From assembly GCA_048128005.1 (NCBI GenBank), contig JBEUKZ010000010.1, positions 434,001-498,000 on the forward strand: a stretch of 64,000 nucleotides of DNA. The letters run 5' to 3'. The translations under genes were made by a program, and so were the position numbers. The notes beneath the pieces are model-generated. The model searched no databases. It saw only the letters and a program-made list of their open reading frames with translations, and was not told the DNA's origin. Source of the stretch: Veleropilina oligotropha. Taxonomy: Eukaryota. This document shows, piece after piece, positions 13,201 through 25,200 of this stretch (its first letter is position 1; every line of letters starts with the position of its first letter).

Positions 13201-16200
13201 GGTATTGGTGATAACTTGACATCAAGAATTACAATATCTCGGAGAAAATGGGAATTTACACATAAATTAACCTGAATATTGTAATATTGTAATATTGTAA
13301 TATTGCAAGCTTTTTCAATGAAAGATAATAATAACATTTTTAACAATCCACTTGTGCAGAGATTTATCAGTCACAATAATCAGAATTATCTAAATATAGT
13401 GGGTTTTTACGGATGTGCCAGGTTTTCTTCCAGTGATATTGTGGCCATGGTCCTATATACCTCAGTCAAATTTATTTCTGTCATTTGATATATATCATTT
13501 ATCACATGACAAAGCTGTTATGGAACGGTAGAAGCCATTCCATAAATGTTGATACGAAAAGACACGTTTCATAAGTATGCAAATGAGGGCGAGCATGATG
13601 CCATGTCGTTGCATCTGGCGCCAAGTTGATTAGGTGGCACGTGCTGTCGAGGCGTGATGCGTCTGAGGCAGGCCGTTTAATGACTGAAATTAATGACACA
13701 AATGAGTTTAAAAACGTCAAGTAATGAGTTTAAAAACATAGTAAAATAAGTTTAAAGGTAAATAAAGTCATGTGATAAAGAAGATATCAAACTTGTTTCC
13801 ATTTCATATGAGAATTATGAAACTCGTCAGCAAATTTATGTACCTCGCCAAGGCTCGGTACATAAATTGTGCCTGACTCGTTTCATAATTCTCATATAAA
13901 ATGGACACTCGTTCGATATCCTCTATATAAGATATGATTATAGTGATATGCAATGTCTTGAAAAATTGGTTATAAAAATGTATTTGGTTTATTATTTACC
14001 ATTGAACACTGTAAGTACTATAGAATAATTAACTTAGGAGGTGAACTGAAATGATTATTGCCTGAAATGTCTCCTTCTGCCTTTCAGTTTATGCAGGATA
14101 GTGTGAATGCCATGAGGGATTACCAGACCGCCATTAAACTGGATGCCACATACTCTCTGGCCTACTTCAATGCTGCGAATATCTATTTCCACACTAGACA
14201 CTTCCAACAGGTAATGGCAACCACATTATCTCTAATAAATATGTTGGCAAGGCCACTTATATATATATAAAAGTTTATATATATATATATATATATATAA
14301 AAATTTATTCAATAGACATAGTTTACATTATAACTTTATGATGGTCGGAGTAATCATTAAATTTGATTGCCAAATAAACCACTGATTGTCTCAATTGTCT
14401 CCTGTGTTGGAAACAAACAAACCCAACTGGAACAGACAATCCCAACTGGAACAGACAATCCCAACTGGAACAGACAATCTGAAATGCATCATTAATTTCA
14501 TGATGGTCAATTGCAGTCAGTTGATTGGCATTATTATTGAACACATTTGAAACTAGTGATTCCTCGACCCCACAAGTCGAGGGGATGTATCCCTCCCATT
14601 GGAAGCCAATTTTAAATACGAAAGCAGTGAAAATCGATAGGCATCGTGTCCTCACCGTACCAAACATGTATAACAAATCGGATAAAACTCAGTTCTCAAT
14701 AGAGCACACATCTGTTCAAACAAAATGGCTGCCACGACAACCATCTTGAACCAGAGTATGACTGTAACGCAGGAACCTGCCGAGGGCACAGAAGACTCGT
14801 TGACGAATGTGGTCATACAAAGTTTATTTACAACAATACAAAAGCAATTAACACAATTCACATATCTTAACTATACTATATTAACTCTAGCTATACTATC
14901 CTAGATGACTAATTATTCCACCGATTCCACACTATTAAAGCGATTAATGTCTCTTCACTAAACGATTAACCCCAGCATCATCACCACCACGTTAGTTCCG
15001 GACCACGATGGCGTGTACCCAATCGCCTCCCTGTCGACGACGCTTCCTAGTCTCCCTTGCTCTCTGGCCTCTCGACCTCGCTTCCGCGATCGTCACAGAC
15101 GGTCCCTAGTCGACTCGCATACAGCAGTTCCTGTTCCTGGAACGTATCAGACGTTTCCTCGTCTCCTCGACTATCTAACGTAACTGCACTTTTCCTCGAC
15201 GTTGCGAGTGCACGACCATCCTGTTGATGTCGGCTCCTCGTGTGCGTAGCACGGCTTAGGCTGCCCTTGGCTGGGGCGCGACTCGCACCCGTCGTCGCCA
15301 CCTAGCTTCCGCTGCTCCTCGCCACACGTCGCACGGCTAAAACATATACATGGAATATAAATTAGTGGTCCCACGATACATCGGTGATCGGTGGTTCTCG
15401 GTGATCTTACTTTCAATAACACCCCAGTCATTAGATTCACCCTGGAAATCATAACTACAACTCATCATACTATAATACACCACTATTCCTACTTATGCTT
15501 TAGGATCTTCGCTCCCTGTTCATCAAACATTAATATCATAACATCTGGGACTATATTACATGCATAGAGATACAATATATAACAAATACTGATCAAATAT
15601 AATACGATACTTGGCTTAGTAACTACTGCATGCTATAATCTTACCCAACCGCCGTATACACTGGTCACCTGGACACAACCGTCGTAACGTAGACCGGTTA
15701 GATCGTAATTTGTGACCGCGAATAAAAAATGCGCTGGCCTTTATACCACCCATAACATGAAATCGACATAGCCAATAAATACGTGCATTTGCAACAGTCA
15801 CCCAGCCATTAATTGGCACACTTATGACCTTGCGCTCTTGCCGTCAATCGACCCCAGGTCATCTCATACCAACAGCCATATGTGCACTTATATAATCACT
15901 CAAGTTATATTGTTACAACATGCTTCCCCACCAATGCAAGTGGTCACACTTTTCATTTACAATACTAACTTCTAAACTGATCACTGTCATTCACTATAAA
16001 AACGATTTAAATATATACACACACCACCACAGCTTATTCCCTGCTATCTGTCCTTGACAAGTAATCTGCACCAATATTGTCACGCCCTGGAATTGCTCTA
16101 ATTCTCATCCTATATGGCTGTAATGCAAGGGCCCATCTCATGAGTCTCGAGTTTGCCGTCTTCGTTTTGTTGAGATATGTCAACGGTTGATGATCGGTTT

Positions 16201-19200
16201 CTAACACAAATTCCTTACCAAAAAGATATCTATGAAATTTTGCGACACCCCACACCACAGCCAAGCATTCCTTTTCAATCACCGCGTAGTTTCGCTCTCT
16301 ATCCAACAACTTCCGACTTGCATATGCCACAGGAAGCTTAACGTCATCTTCCTCCTGTAATAACACAGCACCCAGACCTACATCTGAACTATCGTTGCGC
16401 AAAATAAACATATTGTTCAACTCCGGTAATTTTAAAATCGGGGGACCCATCAAACTACGTTTTAATTCATTGAATGATCTCGCTTGCGTGTCTGTCCATA
16501 TTACCTGATTGGGTTGACCTTTCTTCGTCAAGTCTGTTAATGGAACGGCTACTGCAGCAAAATTAGGTATAAATTTCCTGTAAAACCCAACTACCCCTAG
16601 GAAAGATCGAACCTGCTTTTTCGTCCTCGGTCGTTCAGCTCTTTGCACTGCTTCGATTTTAGCGTGGACCGGTTTCAACGTTTCTCCAATCATATGTCCC
16701 AAACATTCGATGTCTCTAAACCCAATGTAACACTTCGATGGTTTTGCTGTTAACCCAGCGCCACGCAATCTACCAAACACCTGCCGTAGTGCCACCCTAT
16801 GCTGATCCCAAGTTTCTGAAAACACAAGTATATCATCTACAAAGCTATCTGCACAATCTAAACCTTTCAGCACCTTTCTCATCAGTCTACAGAACGTAGC
16901 TGGAGCACAAACTAACCCAAATGGCATAACCTTGAACCTATACAACCCACTCAGGTTTCAAAAGATGTCATGTCCTTTGCTCTTTCAGTTAACGGTACCT
17001 GCCAATAACCCTTCGACAGATCGATCTTTGAAAAGTACTTATACTTTGATAACTTTGAAAACATCTCTTCAATATTCGGCATCGGCTCTGAATCAAAAAC
17101 CGTAACTTTATTCAACTGTCGAAAATCTATACAGAACCGGATCGTATTGTCCTTCTTCCTTATCAATACGATTGGATTCGTGTATGGAGCTTCCGAAGGT
17201 TCGATCACTCCCAAATCTATCATTTTACTTACTTCTTCGGCTATGGTCTCCTGTGAATGAAATGGAATCGGATATCCCTTCACTCGAACTGGCTCGGTTG
17301 TGGACAGCTTAATGTCGTGTTGAATGTACGAGGTAATTCCCGGCAACTCTGTTAAAATATCTGAAAATTCTTCCAGAATTTCTTTGACTTGCCTCGCCTG
17401 TTCTTCATTAATATTCTTACTTACACTTACCTCTTCAACCGATTCCTTAGTACTACCCGCCGGACAGTCTAGGGCCACATCCACGTCTTCATTATAAGAA
17501 TCAGTGACGTCATCATCACGCTCTTCCACTGTTCCTGCACTGCAAATCGTTAGGATACCTCGGTCCTCCTCAACTTTATCCATCTCCCTTTCAAAATACC
17601 TTTTCAACATGTTGGCATGGAATGTTTTCACTTTATTTCCCATCTGAATGCGATAGTCCATGTCGTTTCCTAGATTTCCTTCAATAAGAAATGGGCCTTT
17701 CCATTGTAATAACAGCTTATTGTTGTTAACCGGTAGCAATATTAGTACCTTATCTCCTGCGCGAAATTCTCGGCGTCTGGCCTTCTTGTTGTAATACTTC
17801 TTCTGTCTCAACTTTGCCTTCCCTAAGTGGTCTTGTGCCATCTTGCACGTTTCTGTCAACCTCTCCTGCAAATCCAAAACATATTGATATGTTGACTTAA
17901 CCTCCATATTGTTTACCTCTCCGGACCATAATTCTTTCAAGATGCTCATAGGTCCGCGAATCTTGCGTCCATACAACAGCTGAAATGGTGAAAATTGAAG
18001 ACTCTCTTGTGGAACCTCCCTGAACGCAAATAGCATGGGGTTTAAATACTTATCCCAATCTTTAGGCCTCTCCGCACACATCCGCTTCAACATCTGTTTC
18101 AATGTTCCATTGAACTTCTCCACCAACCCATTACAGATAGGATGATATGGTGTCGTTGTCAACTGACGTAGCGACAACAATCTGCTAACTTCCTTCATTA
18201 TACCTGAAGTAAACTGACTACCCATGTCTGTCAGCATCTCTTCCGGAATTCCCAAGCGACTAAACATATCTACTAGTGCTTCAGCTACTCTCTCCGCCTC
18301 AATACTCGGCAACGCCACTGCCTCGGGATATCTAGTAGCATAATCAACCATCACTAGAATATACCTGTTCTTCCGATCAGTAACTGGCTCAATTGGTCCC
18401 ACCAAATCAACCGCGACCCTCTTAAAAGGCGTTTCGATCCTTGGCATCTCCCCTAACGGAACCTTTAGTACCCTTCCTTTTGGAATGGTCCTCTGACAAA
18501 TATCGCATGATCTGCAAAATCTTTTAGTATCGGCCAGAACACTGGGCCAATAAAATTCTGAAGTGACTCTATCAATTGTCTTCTTCACACCAAGGTGCCC
18601 CGCCATCAATGAGTCATGGGCTATTTGTAATACCCCTTCTCTACCTGTCTCTGGTACTACGAGCTGACATGCCTTCCTTCCATCGGTGTACATGTACTGC
18701 CTGTAACACAAACCATTTCTGAACACAAAGCTGACCTTACCTTCTCCCTTGCACAAACGTTCCTCGCTCCTTCTTGCTTTCTTTCGGATCGTCTCCAATG
18801 TCTTGTCCTCTTTCTGTAAAACCAAAAACTCCTCCTTGGATATATTCAAAATTTTATCCGGTACCCTTAGCTTACGGTATGGTTTGTCCCGTTGTCTAGT
18901 TTCAGCCCTAGTTTCCACCGCCTGAACTGTATCATTCGGTTGTGAGTATCTCGCCCCTTTGATGTTTCCTATTACTAAATCATACAAAGGCGATTCTATA
19001 CACAATGCTTCGGTTGTTCCAGTGAAATATGGAGTCTCTACCTTAATCCTGGCGACTGGAAAGTAATGTTCCGTTCCGTCAATATACTTGCAGCCTCGTT
19101 TCTTTCCCATATACTGTTCTGGTTTCACCAGGGAAGTCCTTACCACTACACAAGTTGCTCCAGTATCTCGCATAACAGTAACTTCGTTACCATTGACTTG

Positions 19201-22200
19201 ACCTCTACTCTTTGGACACTCGCCTTCCATACACACTCCCAGTCGTTCTAGACTATGATTAACCACCACACAACTAGACTTATTCATCCCCTGCATGTAT
19301 CCTCGACCGCCTCCTCGATCTCGTCTATATCGGTTACGACCCCGACCTCGGTCAACCTTAAAAAATCGATTCGATTCCCGGATATCAGTGTATCCTAATT
19401 CCTCCACTGAATTCTCCGGTATCTGGTTAGTTACCGCCACCTTTGTTTTATTCCTCGGATCCTCTCGACCTATCTTATCGCAATCCCTGGCGAAATGATT
19501 ACCTCCACAGTTAAAACATTTACCTAGATTGGCAGGTGTTCGTGTGCTGCTTCCACGCTGTTGACCAACCAGGCTTTCTTTACTTACCACCACGTGGCAT
19601 CCTCCTCGTGCTTCAGCGTACAGATCTGCACTCCCAGCCATCTCGTTGCTGTCTACCAATATCTTTTCTCTCAAAAATAAATACAGCTCTCGCTGGCAAA
19701 TAGAAAGAAGTTGATCGCGAAGTAAATAATCTACAACGCCCTTAAAAGACTGTTCTACCTTTCCCAGCTGAAACCAACGCTCTAAGTAATTCCTAGCTCT
19801 GGCTAAATATTGCACAAAGGTTTCACCTTTCTCCGGGCGACATGATCTAAACCTCTTCCTAAATCCCTCTTCGGTTAGTTCAAACCTCTTAAGCAATGCT
19901 TCCTTCAACTTTTCATAATTTCCACAATCATCTATTGGTAACCTTGAATACACCTCCAGTGCCTTACCTTTTAACGGTGCACTTAACTGAATGGACCAAT
20001 GATCTTGTCTCCAACCCTGGGCTGTAGCATATCTCTCGAACCTATATACATAACTATCTATGCTATCTTGTTCTTCATTAAAAAAAGGAAGTTTAGGGCC
20101 TTTAATTCTAGTATTGTTATCATCACCTGTCCCTGACTTGCGTCGGACCTCAGCCAGCTCCATCGCCCTCCTATGCTGTTCTGCCTCCATCTCAAAATCT
20201 TCCCTCTTTGCGACTCTTTCTCGCTCAAATCGCTCTCTTTCTTTCTCTAACATTTTCTCTGCCCGCTCACCCTCTGCCTCTCGCTCATTCTCTCGTTCTC
20301 TCAACCTCGCTTCTCTTTCTCTAGCCTGCTCTTCTATGACAAATTTTCTTAATTTTTCTCCCTCGAACCCAAACTTCTCACCAATCTCAGTCAATTCCTT
20401 AATAGAAGTCATACTTGTTACTAGCACACAAGAGCTATCCACTTTTCACCCCGCAATCACTAATTTCACTCTATGCACAACTGCATGTAACAAACCGACC
20501 GACAATCACGTCACCCCATTGCATGCCACCAGACAGACGGACCCCGTGCCTTCAGACCGTGCGTAACTACGGTTATGCACTAGTTGCACTGCTGTGGTTC
20601 ATCACCAGGCGCGAGATCGTCACACGATAAACTTCTTTAGTCTAAAATAGAAATTTGAATGCAGTTCTTAAGCCAAATATCACTACCCAATTCGTCAACC
20701 AGGCTTCTGTAAAATCCGACTTCTGACACCAATGTAACGCAGGAACCTGCCGAGGGCACAGAAGACTCGTTGACGAATGTGGTCATACAAAGTTTATTTA
20801 CAACAATACAAAAGCAATTAACACAATTCACATATCTTAACTATACTATATTAACTCTAGCTATACTATCGTAGATGACTAATTATTCCACCGATTCCAC
20901 ACTATTAAAGCGATTAATGTATCTTCACTAAACGATTAACCCCAGCATCATCACCACCACGTTAGTTCCGGACCACGATGGCGTGTACCCAATCGCCTCC
21001 CTGTCGACGACGCTTCCTAGTCTCCCTTGCTCTCTGGCCTCTCGACCTCGCTTCCGCGATCGTCACAGACGGTCCCTAGTCGACTCGCATACAGCAGTTC
21101 CTGTTCCTGGAACGTATCAGACGTTTCCTCGTCTCCTCGACTATCTAACGTAACTGCACTTTTCCTCGACGTTGCCAGTGCACGACCATCCTGTTGATGT
21201 CGGCTCCTCGTGTGCGTAGCACGGCTTAGGCTGCCCTTGGCTGGGGCGCGACTCGCACCCGTCGTCGCCACCTAGCTTCCGCTGCTCCTCGCCACACGTC
21301 GCACGGCTAAAACATATACATGGAATATAAATTAGTGGTCCCACGATACATCGGTGAACGGTGGTTCTCGGTGATCTTACTTTCAATAACACCCCAGTCA
21401 TTAGATTCACCCTGGAAATCATAACTACAACTCATCATACTATAATACACCACTATTCCTACACCACTGTTCATCAAACATTAATATCATAACATCTGGG
21501 ACTATATTACATGCATAGAGATACAATATATAACAAATACTGATCAAATATAATACGAGGCCGCGTCGGTAGCGCAGTGGGTAGAGTGTCCACTCTAAAT
21601 TCACTGGCTTGTTTCCGCTGACGCGAACAGTAGTGGGATCGACCCCCGGCTGAGGCAGCACACATTTGTTCAAGTTATGAAGCACAGTTGTCCGTGACTG
21701 GCCGAAGAGGGCGGGTTTACCCGGGCGACCGGGGTTTCCTCCCGCGATAACACGGACATGTCCTGCCTTGAACCTCGATGTTGTAAATATACAGGACATT
21801 AAGCATAATTCCCCTCAAATATAATACGATACTTGGCTTAGTTACTACTGCATGCTATAATCTTACCCAACCGCCGTATACACTGGTCACCTGGACACAA
21901 CCGTCGTAACGTAGACAGGTTAGATCGTAATTTGTGACCGCGAATAAAAAATGCGCTGGCCTTTATACCACCCATAACATGAAATCGACATAGCCAATAA
22001 ATACGTGCATTTGCAACAGTCACCCAGCCATTAATTGGCACACTTATGACCTTGCGCTCTTGCCGTCAATCGACCCCAGGTCATCTCATACCAACAGCCA
22101 TATGTGCACTTATATAATCACTCAAGTTATATTGTTACAATGACAAACATCGTTAGGTGGCATGTCCTCATTATAACTAATGTGCATATTGAATTTGAAT

Positions 22201-25200
22201 GAAATCGGATTAGAACTTTTCACTGTAGAGTGCATACAAGAAATGTCTTCAAACAAAATGACCGCCATAGCAGCCATCTTGGATCTGAAAAAGACGAAAA
22301 TGTTTAGGCGGCATGTCCTCATCATAACGAACGCGCATACCAAATATGAATCAAATCGGATAATAACTTTTCACTGTAGAGCGCACACAAGAAATCTCTC
22401 CAAACAAAATGGCTGTCATGGTGGCCATCTTGGATCCGAAAACGACGAAAATCGTTAGGTGGCGTGTCCTCATTATAACCAGGCGCGGATCCAGTAATTT
22501 TGTTTAGGGGGGTGCTGAATTTACTATCAATTGTTCGCGTGGGGGCGGGGCCCCACACGAAAGAAAATTTTGACAATCAACAGCCTGAAACCCCCTCTCC
22601 TGCACTCTGACAGGGAAAAACCGATATTTCACTCAAATAGCACGAGTAAAATTTTTATTTTATTTTGTCATAATCGAATTGTCCGCATGGGGGCGGCGCC
22701 CCGCCGCTCAAGAAAATTTTGACAATTAACTGTGTGAAATCCCCCCTCCTGTATTATTACATTGCAAAACCTAATAGTAATACAATTCAACTTTAGTATT
22801 TTGGGGTAGGCCTATTTATAATGTTCTGGACGTCATTTGTATCAGATTATACATATTATTTTAGTATGCTTGACCAGCTTTAGGGGGGGCGCGCGCGCCG
22901 GGTGCGCCTCCCCCTGGATCCACGCCTGATAACTGACGTGCATACCAAATTTGAATCAAACGTAGTAGAACCTTTCACTGTAGCGCACACAAGAAATCTC
23001 TGTGGTGGCTGAACGATGCCTAAACCATAATATCCACGAAATCTTAAATTTCGGGGATACAATTATTCAGCATCAGCACTTAATTTCGCTTCACTCACCA
23101 ATATTTGAACAGTTTGAATTTAAGTGAAGGAAGTATTCAAACTATATACTTGTTTAATTTTAAATTTTATTATAAATGTTTTGTTTTAGGCGCTGGCATA
23201 TTATGACCAGGCCCTAGAGCATAATCCTAAAGATGAGTCCGCCTATCTGAACCGAGCCATCACCAAGGTAAGACCAGATGATGGAGGACATTTCTGATGC
23301 ACGTGTGTTTGTATGTATCTGATTAGGCAATTACCATGGTGAGAAAAAACATACGTCACATTCATTTAATTTTGTCCGTAGATATGTATGTTATAAACAA
23401 GATGGTGTTGAATAGTTCAGAGGAACCGCCCTTGGCAAAGGCTTATAAGGTCTCAGACCGGTTGTTTTCTCTGCACAATATTACAATAGTCTGGTGGAAA
23501 TTGACTTAAGTGTGTTTTGGAGTACATACATTGGTGATTCTGGTAGAACAGACGTTTTAAGGATCTAGGAATCGACTGGAGCACACCAATATATCATTAT
23601 ATCCCTGTATAACCTTGAATTTTCATATCTCAATTTTTAATGACCTCGTGATAACATTGCCCAATATGGTGATGATAGAGTCCAATATTAGGGGATATTT
23701 ACATACAACCAAAAAGATACAATGTTCTGATTTCATCATGTAAGAATAATATAGGACATATGCTAAGCTGTTTTTTTTAAACACATATGCACAAGACCTG
23801 AAACAAATATACGTGTGGTAAAATATATAATCAAGTGTTATATGACTTGAATATTTATATAGAGAGATCAGTTAATGCGCCTTCATCTCAGCAGCATAGG
23901 TGGGTGAGTAATTAGCACCCTACCGAAGCTGTTATTTTGTTCCCGATTTCGACGTTAGTGGCGGCTCAGTCTAACGCTTAAAATAACAGAAGGCGTATAC
24001 CCCAGATGTCGGTCAGATAGGAGTGCGACCTTATACCAGGTGTCTTCTTCTTCCACGGCCTTTGTTTCCACTCTGTGGGGTCGCCGGCTATGATCTTCTT
24101 TCTCCGTCTCCTCTTGTCCACTGCATCTTCCACGTTCACTCCTACCACGTACCCCTATATTATCTTTGACCTGTCTGACATTAATGTCTTCGGCCTTACA
24201 CTCTTCCTCATCCATGTGTTTAACTTCACCACACTTTTTCCACATACCACTCCTCTATATATAAGAGGCCGCTTCGACAATCGTGTGGTTTCGGTCGTGG
24301 ACTCCGAAAAAGCACTGACTTGATTCAGCTGACACTAACAGTTGTGGGTTCAAACCTCGGCAGGGACATCACACATTGGTTCAGGTTATGAATTACAGTT
24401 GGCCGGAGAGGGCGGGTTTCCCCGGTCGTCCGGGCTTTCCTCCTGCGATAATACGATAATATGTACTGCTTTGAACCAAATGATGGTTGAAAATATACAG
24501 AACATTAAGCATCGATTCCTTTCCTTTTCTACTCCTCCGATAGATACACATGACCGTACCACCTTATCTCAATTTCCCTCCTAGCTCGCTAACTCTAACC
24601 CCTCCCGTACCAGCCGCATAATCCTTAGTGTGAATTGAAATATTCTCATTTCTGCTACCTCCATCTGCTTCTTCTCCTTTTTCACGGTCACTGCTTCCAT
24701 CCCATACAGCATTGCTGGCCTTACCATTGTCTTATAATTTGTATATTCACCCGCACTGGTAGCGTTCTGTTACAGGACCTTCCTCCAGCTGCTCCCCCCT
24801 GCCTGTATCCTCCTAGCCACGTCTTTGTTTGAACATCCATGCTCCTGTAAATGATACCTTAAATATTTGAATTTAGCTGTTCTCAGGACTTTTTAGTCCT
24901 TCATTCTGATGTTCTCAACTGTATTGTTTCCACATCCCGTACACATTTACTCGGTCTTCATCCTGCTCGCTTGCATCCCCTCTCCGCCAACGACCTCCGC
25001 CACTCCTCCAACCTCGTCTCAGCTTCCTCTCTTTTCTCTGTTGGATGGCAACTTTGCTTTAAGCAGTAGAATAAGCCGGCTGGCCTCTAACCTGGGCAGC
25101 GCAGTGGGTAAGAGTGTCTACTCTAAATTCATTGGCTTGATTCCGCTAATGCGAACAGTAGTGGGTTCAATACCTGGCTGAGGCATTGACTATTTGTTCA

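Larger units (their letters stand above)
14763..22139 (-). mobile_element. Full-length Gmr1-like Ty3/Gypsy LTR retrotransposon
   Basis: Two TG..CA LTRs, 5-bp TSD ATGAC (14758-14762 and 22140-22144), PBS, PPT, and a gag-PR-INT-RT-RH polyprotein. Confidence 0.95.
14551..23062 (-). mobile_element. Helentron-like element with ~150-bp internal repeats, split by the Gypsy element and a MITE
   Basis: Same ends as the copies at 35101 and 51738: AACTAG..CCTCGAC-loop-GTCGAGG on the left and a TATCC.CGAAA..TTTCGGGGATACAA hairpin on the right. Confidence 0.75.

Noticed and set aside
15047..15452. Small ORFs inside the LTRs, duplicated at 21017-21422
   Set aside because: No recognisable domain; their conservation only reflects LTR identity.
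16945..16953. Programmed frameshift in Gypsy pol
   Set aside because: It falls mid-RT with no slippery heptamer; more likely a 1-bp deletion or a sequencing error.
20060..20566. 168-aa Ser-rich plus-strand ORF
   Set aside because: Antisense shadow of the Glu/Arg-rich gag coiled coil.
21559..21650. tRNA genes (also at 12540, 24267, 27918, 36400-36475)
   Set aside because: A/B boxes are present but I see no proper cloverleaf; they continue into SINE bodies, several with TSDs.
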